This document shows, piece after piece, positions 49,191-56,297 of a DNA stretch of 64,000 nucleotides (position 1 is the stretch's first letter; each line of letters opens with the position of its first letter). The DNA is from a virus, in the IMG/VR virus record IMGVR_UViG_3300042914_004291, positions 64,001 through 128,000 of that record. One strand, 5' to 3'. A model generated the notes under the pieces. The model saw only the letters and a program-made list of their open reading frames with translations. It made no database searches and had not been told where the DNA came from. Made by a program: the position numbers and the translations under genes.

Positions 49191-49868
49191 CTATGGCTTA
49201 GTGAAATCGCACAAGAACTCTCTATCGAACTCTTCAGGAGTCATCAATGCTTGCATATTTTCGAACCAGTCTTGGCCATAGCGTTCCACCATTCCTGTTT
49301 TGAAGCAGTCATTCAACAGATAAGGCAATGAATTTTGTTTCCAATCATGAAAGAATTCCTTCATGGCAAAAGTCCCTGGCAAGCTTGCGACTATGGTTTT
49401 GCTGTTTGCCATGTAAGCCATCGGCCGCATACATCTGTATGTGTCAATGATTCTTTCTTGCCACTCTATGGCGTCGGGAGATATGATCAGTAAATCTGCT
49501 GCATAACCCTTACATGGAGGAACCAGCCTTACAATGCTAGAGTTGTTTTCCCGCAAAACAATCCCGCCACCTCTCAGAAACGTGTCTGCTTTCAGGTCTG
49601 CGAATATCTTTGAGACTTGTAGAAGAATTTTAGCATTATCAGTAACAACGCAACGCCTATCGTGTCTTAGCATTTCCCAAGCACAGATACCTGCCATGAT
49701 GCTTGTGGCACCAATCTGTCTTGAGAGTCCCCAGAACATGTTTTTTTCTGTTTGGTACTGCTCAACCCATTCTATTTGGTGAGGATAAAGACCGGTTTTA
49801 GATGGACCACAGGGATTCTGGAATTGAAGATTTTTCTGCAAAAACTCTAAAAGGTCTTCCTTTATCAT
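49191..49868 (-). CDS. terminase ATPase-domain paralog, degenerate
   Basis: LYPHQ, SRQIGATS and C-terminal FDREFLCDF; Walker B replaced by LLIISPD; no nuclease domain. Likely start ATG 49868. Confidence 0.7.
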   Translation of the reverse strand: MIKEDLLEFLQKNLQFQNPCGPSKTGLYPHQIEWVEQYQTEKNMFWGLSRQIGATSIMAGICAWEMLRHDRRCVVTDNAKILLQVSKIFADLKADTFLRGGGIVLRENNSSIVRLVPPCKGYAADLLIISPDAIEWQERIIDTYRCMRPMAYMANSKTIVASLPGTFAMKEFFHDWKQNSLPYLLNDCFKTGMVERYGQDWFENMQALMTPEEFDREFLCDFTKP

Positions 49869-49869
49869 C

Positions 49870-49898
49870 TTGACATGAAGATATAGGAAGATTAGTCT
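49870..49898 (+). promoter_or_regulatory. sigma70-type promoter
   Basis: TTGACA-N17-TAGTCT upstream of the peptidase-sigma operon. Confidence 0.6.
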
Positions 49899-49914
49899 TG
49901 GATGTACATAGACT

Positions 49915-50616
49915 ATGACAGAGCTATTGAAGACATCAAAGAAACATCCACCGCTTGGAAACACCAATCCGGAAAAGCAGTTGGGTTTGACCAGAGAGCA
50001 GTTTGTTGAGGATTGTATCAAGCTAGACAGATGGCACAAACGAGCACACAAGTTTTCTTTTCAACCGTACCAGCCGATCGGGGAGGACTACATGTGTTCT
50101 GCTTTGACGATTGCACAACAGTTTCACAACACGCTAAACAAACTCAGAGAGTGTTGGACTGACAAGATAGCAGATCAATTGTTCTGGGAACTTCAAGTGA
50201 AAAAGATCAGAGATCACGCCGTCAGAGAATTTGATTTAACTGACGTGATGGTCAGTACGACCTATGAAGATGACATCTATCTCTTGAATGACAAGATCGT
50301 GATGATGCGTCCAAGCCACAAGGCCAGCAGTCCGGAAACTTGGGCTTATGTTGTGATGCATGAGATTGGCCATCACGTGATCAACAGAAACCGATCAGCT
50401 TTCAAATATTCAATAGGGAATGCCAACCAGCGTGCTTTCTTCAGTAATCCTGCCGCACAAAAAACAAAGACATACCAAGTGAGTTTGTTTGAAGTTGAAG
50501 CTGTCGCGTGGCACGAAGGTTATAAACTAGCCAAGGAGATTGGTGTTCATCTGGTGGATAGTAACTTCGACAAAGTTAAGACTAATTGCCTTCTGAGTTA
50601 TGCAGTGCTAGAGTAA
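49915..50616 (+). CDS. HExxH zinc metallopeptidase-like protein (ImmA/IrrE-like)
   Basis: VVMHEIGHH and downstream EAVAW. Confidence 0.65.
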   Translation: MTELLKTSKKHPPLGNTNPEKQLGLTREQFVEDCIKLDRWHKRAHKFSFQPYQPIGEDYMCSALTIAQQFHNTLNKLRECWTDKIADQLFWELQVKKIRDHAVREFDLTDVMVSTTYEDDIYLLNDKIVMMRPSHKASSPETWAYVVMHEIGHHVINRNRSAFKYSIGNANQRAFFSNPAAQKTKTYQVSLFEVEAVAWHEGYKLAKEIGVHLVDSNFDKVKTNCLLSYAVLE

Positions 50617-50652
50617 GATGTCTTCTTCTCACGATTCAAGAATAAGAAACAC

Positions 50653-51990
50653 ATGAAAAATAACAGAAAAACAAGGTCATGGAGCAACAGGTATTTTGCG
50701 GCAATCATGGCTGAGATCAACAACGTCGCTGGTGTGCCGGTATATCGCAAGAACCAAAACTACGCACGACGCAGGAAGCATTCACAGAGTTCAGTGAACA
50801 AAAAGTTTGAGGCGCAGATGGCTTTGTTCAAGGACTATAAAGCCAACCCAACCAAACAAAAGTTCGACAAACTCTTCAACGACAACCTTGGGATTGTCAC
50901 CTTCACAATCAATCGTTGGTTTGGTCACACTGTGTTTCAGTCAAAGCGCGATGACATGGTCCAAGAAGGTTCGATTGGATTGATGTCTGCGATTCGCAAG
51001 TTCAACCCAGACCTCGACAAAAAGTTCTCGCCTTATGCTATCCTTTGGGTGAGACAAGCAATTGTGAAGTATGTGCTGACTGACAAGAGCGTCAAGCTCC
51101 CAATGCCCTTGATGTCAGCAATCAAGAAATACAATCAAAACCCGGAGCAGTTTGAGATTGATCAGCTTGATCCGGAGAAGGCAAAAGCCAAAGGATTCAA
51201 GAACATGATGCAACGTTATCAGGTTCAGCGTTTTGATGTTTCTCTTGATGAAGAGTTCGTTAATGGGTCAGGTAAGGATGATTGCGTGACATCTTATAAA
51301 GATCTGCTTGTGACCAACATCGACAACAGTTATTCCGGTTCTGTTTGTGATGGCTCCGGTAGTCCTTTCTTGCAGATTGGAAATGCATCATCGTTCACAA
51401 ACTATGATTTTGGCGGCGAAAACCCGGACGACTATGCCGAATATGTCGATGCCCTGACCCACCTTTCCAGAAAAGATATTGTTGTTGTTGCTCTGCGTTA
51501 TGGGTTCTCAGAGGAGGAAGCAGTGATCTTTGCGGACCTTTTGCAAGCAATGGAACAGAAAGCGCAGCAGGATGATGAAGAGGCAACTCAAACCTTCAGC
51601 GGTTTGCGACAGTTCCAGCCTGTGGAAAAACGTTCTGTGAAAACAGTGAAAAAGAAAGGTGACAAACGCAAGTACATAACTCGGAAGGACGAAGGCGCAG
51701 CCGATTTCAGAACAATCTCTGGGATTGTTAAAGAGCTAGGTTTCTCAAAGGTCAACCATGCAACTGCCAGGAACATTGTCAACAGTAGATTGTTTGACAT
51801 AGCTGAATTCATGAACAATCAGCGCGCTACCGTGACAGAACCATCAGAAGTCAAGAAACTCTCAGAAGAACAGATCAAGACGATCATCCTAACATCCCCG
51901 GCGTTCCACGCGCGCTTTGCCGAAGTCCTCAAAGGATCTTATGCCTATTTATTGAAGTCGAATAAGAAAGAAAATGAAAATGAAGTATGA
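50653..51990 (+). CDS. sigma70-family RNA polymerase sigma factor
   Basis: NLGIV, DMVQEGSIGLMSAIRKF and FSPYAILWVRQAI (region 2), VSLD (region 3), LSRKD...LRYG (region 4.1). Confidence 0.9.
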   Translation: MKNNRKTRSWSNRYFAAIMAEINNVAGVPVYRKNQNYARRRKHSQSSVNKKFEAQMALFKDYKANPTKQKFDKLFNDNLGIVTFTINRWFGHTVFQSKRDDMVQEGSIGLMSAIRKFNPDLDKKFSPYAILWVRQAIVKYVLTDKSVKLPMPLMSAIKKYNQNPEQFEIDQLDPEKAKAKGFKNMMQRYQVQRFDVSLDEEFVNGSGKDDCVTSYKDLLVTNIDNSYSGSVCDGSGSPFLQIGNASSFTNYDFGGENPDDYAEYVDALTHLSRKDIVVVALRYGFSEEEAVIFADLLQAMEQKAQQDDEEATQTFSGLRQFQPVEKRSVKTVKKKGDKRKYITRKDEGAADFRTISGIVKELGFSKVNHATARNIVNSRLFDIAEFMNNQRATVTEPSEVKKLSEEQIKTIILTSPAFHARFAEVLKGSYAYLLKSNKKENENEV

Positions 51991-52267
51991 CCTAGACTCT
52001 TACCTCAGCAGAAAGAGAATCACCCTAGAAGAGTTTGCAAAGTCAAACAATCTGAAAACAGTAAACGATCTTGGAATGTTCATCCTGAACAACAAAACGT
52101 TTGATATCAGCGATACATTCGTTGAAAAAATGACTGCACTTCTTGTAGCGAATGAACCAAAAGAACTCCCAGTTGAAGAGCTGGAGATTATTTCTCCGGC
52201 GTCTGAGCCTGAAGAAGACCAAACAGTTAAACCTGTCAAGAAATCATCAAAGAAACAAGTCGTCTGA
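51974..52267 (+). CDS. hypothetical protein
   Basis: Overlaps the sigma factor stop codon. Confidence 0.65.
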   Translation: MKMKYDLDSYLSRKRITLEEFAKSNNLKTVNDLGMFILNNKTFDISDTFVEKMTALLVANEPKELPVEELEIISPASEPEEDQTVKPVKKSSKKQVV

Positions 52268-52272
52268 ATAGC

Positions 52273-52482
52273 TCACTCGTCATCGGTTGCGAATCTGTCG
52301 TAGCTATCTTCTTCTTCATCGCCACCAGATCTGCTTGTGGCTAGTTCATACAAAAAACTGATTGTGTCTTCAAGAGACGATGCCGTGGCGCCTTCGAGCT
52401 CAAACTCATGAGCTTCGAGGAATGTTTGCAGAGCATCGGCCATTCTGTTGAGTTTTCTTTTTTCTTGTTCGGTGAGTGTCAT
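52273..52482 (-). CDS. small acidic hypothetical protein
   Basis: 69 aa ORF filling the gap. Confidence 0.6.
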   Translation of the reverse strand: MTLTEQEKRKLNRMADALQTFLEAHEFELEGATASSLEDTISFLYELATSRSGGDEEEDSYDRFATDDE

Positions 52483-52520
52483 TGTGTTTGATTATCTCTA
52501 GTCAGCCTAATATAGTGTGC

Positions 52521-52868
52521 TCAATATGGAATGGCTGAGATTTTCATGTTCCTGTTGTAGAAGGGCGCCCAGTAGAGCAAAGGCCCTTTCTCGGCCGACT
52601 CAGCACTTAAGCACTTCAGCAAGATGTTGTTCCTGGAGTCCACTACGACATCTAAGAGTGCAAATTTACATCCAATGTTCTGTGTGAATTTTGCACGTTC
52701 GGTTAGGCTGCGCATTTCATGCATTGCTTCTTCATGCTCTAGACAGTGGAAAGCAACATAGTTCTTTCGCATGCTGTTTTGTGGTTCGATCACACAGATT
52801 TTGCCAATGTGTTTTTTCAGCTCCTTGACAAGAGTTGGTTGTTTGTATAAGCTAGGTTCTATGAACAT
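52521..52868 (-). CDS. hypothetical protein
   Basis: Open frame; start uncertain (52868 to 52943). Confidence 0.55.
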   Translation of the reverse strand: MFIEPSLYKQPTLVKELKKHIGKICVIEPQNSMRKNYVAFHCLEHEEAMHEMRSLTERAKFTQNIGCKFALLDVVVDSRNNILLKCLSAESAEKGPLLYWAPFYNRNMKISAIPY

Positions 52869-53121
52869 TGGAACAGAGACGCTGTTTACTGGCGAGGCGA
52901 GGTTTACTTCATTCATTCCGTCAACTCCTTCAACAACCATCAAGGGAGCCTATCACGATAGACTTCATAATGAACTCGTGATCAATTTTATAAATGGATC
53001 TTCGTACAAGCTTGAGGGTGTCACAACTGATATCTATGAACAGTTTGTCAGTGCGCCTTCACACGGATCGTTTTTCAACAAGATGCTGAAAGGCAAATAC
53101 ACCACACACAAACTCTGCTGA
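52861..53121 (+). CDS. KTSC domain protein
   Basis: S-x-x-I...L-x-I-x-F-x-x-G-x-x-Y...SAPSHGSFFNKMLKGKY. Confidence 0.85.
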   Translation: MNIGTETLFTGEARFTSFIPSTPSTTIKGAYHDRLHNELVINFINGSSYKLEGVTTDIYEQFVSAPSHGSFFNKMLKGKYTTHKLC

Positions 53122-53177
53122 GGTGGTGTTGCAGTAAGTCAAACATCGACGCTACAGCCCTTGTTAATCCACGTAGC

Positions 53178-54773
53178 ATGCGTAAACAAAATTCACGAGT
53201 AGGTCTTGCATTTATTCTCAGAGAGGATTCTGGGGATTATAGTGGGGAGCCATCGTTCCAGGGTGGGCCGTTAGGTTTTGGCGGCAGGCAACAGCTAGCA
53301 AATCCTGTCATAACACCAGGGCTTCAAGATCCAGCAGAGGAGAAATATTACCCTGTTGTACCTTCTCTTTATCCTGCATTGTTTGCGCAAGAGAAAGATC
53401 CGGTTTCTCAACTTGATGAATCGGATGCACTGAAACCCGGCAAGAAGCTTTTGTTGTTGGTGCACCCAGACATTGTGTTTGAAATGTCAACCGCCAACAT
53501 GCAAACATATCTCAAGAGAGTTGAGGATGAAGTGCTTCGGTTCGACTACGTGATCACACACCTGTTTTATTCGCCAGAGTTTAAGCCGGAATGGCTGTCA
53601 CGTGACCCAACACACAACCACATCTTCCAAAATTTCATGAAGATGATCCGTCGAAATTCAAACTTGATTAAATGGGACAACCCAAGGTTCATGGCTTCGC
53701 TAAAACAGGAATTGCCATATTATCTGATCGATAATCCTGGAACAACAATCTATTTGGCTGGTGGATATAAAGATATCTGTGTCAAAGCCACTCATGAGAT
53801 GATGAATGATAAACTCGGAACCATCATACGTGACACGGACACTTCGGTTGTTTGTTATCAGCCACTGATGATTCAAAGCCGTGATTCCGACCTGGGATCA
53901 TTGAAAGAATACACAAGAGCCCGCGGCGATATTCTCTACAAAGACCTCCCGGGAGGACCGGCAATGAACACACTGGACAAACCAGTGGATCATGTACCTC
54001 ATGGAGAAGACTCAGAGAACAAACTTGATACTGATGCTTATGGAGTTCAACATCTGATTCCAAACGGAAGAGATGACATCGATCCAGGAGAGCAATACAT
54101 GGTTGATGATCTAGATGATTCAAGCACCGAAGGATTGAACCTAGACAAAGCAAACATCATGGCTTCTCCAAATGATTTCAACGTGACTTCGCCAAGTTAT
54201 CGCGGGAAAGTACAAAATCCACCAAGCACTGTGTTTGATCAGCTGGTGAAACCAGTTAATTGGATTGAGATGGAAACCGGAACAGATCAACCCTATCTTC
54301 CAGGCGAGATCAATGACCAGGATTTCGAATTCAGAGTGATGCAGGCAGGCAACATAGTCAAACCTGTAAACTGGGTTGGTAATGGTGATGACAGGAACAA
54401 CAACAACATGGACAAACCATACCTGAAGCCTGACTATTACTTAAGTGAACTTATGAGCAAGAAAGACAACACGCCAGCAGTCGCCAAACCAAAACCAACT
54501 GGAAACGGACTGGGAACAGTTCAGAAACGTTTTGACAGTTTCCCAAAGAAAGGCAAAGATGACAAAACTGAACCTTTCGCAGACAAAACAGTTGAGCCAA
54601 AGACAAGCAACGCCGCCAAGTCAACGAGTGCAAACGTTGCCAATGGCAATGACGAAACAAACATGAACTCATGGAACATTTCAAACCTGTCAGATGAACA
54701 GGTCGAAATCATTCAAGAGAAGGTCATGAGATCCGTGATTGCAAAGTTGCAGAAACTCAGCCAACGCCATTGA
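53178..54773 (+). CDS. probable virion protein with a cysteine-hydrolase (isochorismatase-like) domain
   Basis: LLLLVHPD and IYLAGGYKDICV motifs; FILRE leader; TTGTTA at 53161-53166. Confidence 0.55.
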   Translation: MRKQNSRVGLAFILREDSGDYSGEPSFQGGPLGFGGRQQLANPVITPGLQDPAEEKYYPVVPSLYPALFAQEKDPVSQLDESDALKPGKKLLLLVHPDIVFEMSTANMQTYLKRVEDEVLRFDYVITHLFYSPEFKPEWLSRDPTHNHIFQNFMKMIRRNSNLIKWDNPRFMASLKQELPYYLIDNPGTTIYLAGGYKDICVKATHEMMNDKLGTIIRDTDTSVVCYQPLMIQSRDSDLGSLKEYTRARGDILYKDLPGGPAMNTLDKPVDHVPHGEDSENKLDTDAYGVQHLIPNGRDDIDPGEQYMVDDLDDSSTEGLNLDKANIMASPNDFNVTSPSYRGKVQNPPSTVFDQLVKPVNWIEMETGTDQPYLPGEINDQDFEFRVMQAGNIVKPVNWVGNGDDRNNNNMDKPYLKPDYYLSELMSKKDNTPAVAKPKPTGNGLGTVQKRFDSFPKKGKDDKTEPFADKTVEPKTSNAAKSTSANVANGNDETNMNSWNISNLSDEQVEIIQEKVMRSVIAKLQKLSQRH

Positions 54774-55173
54774 AACCAGCGCTCGCTGTCGGCACCAGGA
54801 AGAAACCTGGATTGTTGAGCGGCGATGCGACATCAGTCAGACCAGCTAGAACAGTAAATCCTGTTGAAACACCGGCAGCACCAGACAAAAACAATCTGTC
54901 GACCCTGAGATCGGCAGTGAAGCTCTCTCCGTCGCGCAGGATGAAATATCTGCTGTTGTAGGTATTGAAACCATTTCTGGTGAAACCAACAGCCAACTGA
55001 GTCCCAGAACCGGTGACTGCATTGTTTTTGATGTACACGAATCGGGCAACGTTCAGAAAGTCTAGCTCAGTGATGTCGCCTAGAGCAATCTGTGAAGAAG
55101 TCACCCACGGCACCGCGCTCAACTGATAAGATGGTACGTGGTATTCACCTGGATTGAATGGGTTGTTAAGCAT
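54757..55173 (-). CDS. putative virion structural/decoration protein
   Basis: Beta-rich sequence with SYQLSAVPWVTSS; TACTTA at 55195-55200. Confidence 0.6.
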   Translation of the reverse strand: MLNNPFNPGEYHVPSYQLSAVPWVTSSQIALGDITELDFLNVARFVYIKNNAVTGSGTQLAVGFTRNGFNTYNSRYFILRDGESFTADLRVDRLFLSGAAGVSTGFTVLAGLTDVASPLNNPGFFLVPTASAGFNGVG

Positions 55174-55221
55174 TTTTTCTGTTATCTCTGGTCCTAAGTA
55201 GTGCCGTCATGACGAGCATTC

Positions 55222-55251
55222 TTGACTAGTCGTACTGGGTCATGCTACAGT
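55222..55251 (+). promoter_or_regulatory. sigma70-type promoter
   Basis: TTGACT-N18-TACAGT with extended TG; ATG lies 8 nt downstream. Confidence 0.7.
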
Positions 55252-55259
55252 GATACACC

Positions 55260-55700
55260 ATGACAGAACCACCAACAAGCGAGGAGCCAGCGCAACAAAT
55301 AGTTTATGAACTTTATTCAAACCACCAGCCGGGTCGCGATGGCTCCTTGATGCAAGGAGTCCTGCTAGCACTCAAGCACAGACTGTATGTGCCAAGCATT
55401 GATTTTTGCATGCGTGAGGAGTTTGTTGACCTGAAGCATGACAGCGTCCATACAGAAACAACCAATGATCATCAGATGGTGTTGGCAAAAGATTCCCAGT
55501 CTGGGAAATATGTGTGCTGTTTGTATCTCAGATTTCTGCACATGCAGGCTTTCACACGCAAAGCATATCGAAAACGTGGAATAGCAAAAACCGCCGTTAA
55601 ACGTTTTGGAGAACTACCAGATGGCGTCTATGCTCTTAGTGGAATCAAAGGAGCTTTTGTGTTCTGGGAAAAAGCCGGTATAAAATCATCTAGATGGTAA
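55260..55700 (+). CDS. GNAT-family acetyltransferase
   Basis: Motif A FTRKAYRKRGIAK and C-terminal AFVFWEKAG. Confidence 0.75.
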   Translation: MTEPPTSEEPAQQIVYELYSNHQPGRDGSLMQGVLLALKHRLYVPSIDFCMREEFVDLKHDSVHTETTNDHQMVLAKDSQSGKYVCCLYLRFLHMQAFTRKAYRKRGIAKTAVKRFGELPDGVYALSGIKGAFVFWEKAGIKSSRW

Positions 55701-56200
55701 TGGGAGCTATGAAGAAGAAGAATAAGAAGCAAAAGGGCAAGGTCGACGAAGTTCCGAAAAAGAAACGCGGACGTCCTAGCAATGCAGAATTGGCTGAACG
55801 AACAAAGGCCAAACGTCATGAGCACGATGCTGTGCGCGAACAGTTGCTTTCAGCAATTGAAGCAAGCACTACAATGATCGCCAGTGGGAGTTTGCCGCAA
55901 AACACATCTGACATGTCTACTGCTGTGCTACAAAAGCCAAAGTATCCTGTCTTCTTCATTGGAGAAGATGTCAGCATGGGCTGGTGGGAAAACCTGTACG
56001 AAGGCTGTGTCGTAGACGACCCAGACCCAATAAACGGAGCATTGTGCAGGGTCAAGTGGGATGATGGCAGGATCTCATGGCATGCAAAGGAAAACCTCCG
56101 ATCGATGTTCAAAGCCAAGCAGCGGAAAGTGAAGAGAACAATCTATGGCGATCAGCAAAGAGTCAGTCGCAATCTTGAAGACACTTCAAGTATTGATTGA
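55694..56200 (+). CDS. AT-hook plus Tudor/SH3-like barrel protein
   Basis: KKRGRPS AT-hook; FIGEDV-x3-W-x3-YEG-x-V...VKWDDG. Confidence 0.6.
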   Translation: MVMGAMKKKNKKQKGKVDEVPKKKRGRPSNAELAERTKAKRHEHDAVREQLLSAIEASTTMIASGSLPQNTSDMSTAVLQKPKYPVFFIGEDVSMGWWENLYEGCVVDDPDPINGALCRVKWDDGRISWHAKENLRSMFKAKQRKVKRTIYGDQQRVSRNLEDTSSID

Positions 56201-56297
56201 AAGAACAGACACAATAATCACCCAGCTCAAAACACTGAGCAATCGACAGGAAAAGCTAGAAAAGCTCCTACAAGAAATAACGAATGACAAAAAATAA
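56145..56297 (+). CDS. small coiled-coil protein (50 aa)
   Basis: Manual translation MAISKESVAILKTLQVLIERTDTIITQLKTLSNRQEKLEKLLQEITNDKK*; bridges the gap to dnaE. Confidence 0.55.
   Translation: MAISKESVAILKTLQVLIERTDTIITQLKTLSNRQEKLEKLLQEITNDKK

Noticed and set aside
49869-50051. N-terminal extension of the terminase paralog given in the ORF track
   Set aside because: It overlaps the opposite-strand peptidase gene and its promoter; terminase similarity begins after ATG 49868.
52861-52943. Head-to-head overlap between the KTSC gene and the divergent minus-strand ORF
   Set aside because: Both starts are uncertain, so the overlap may be an artefact of start choice.
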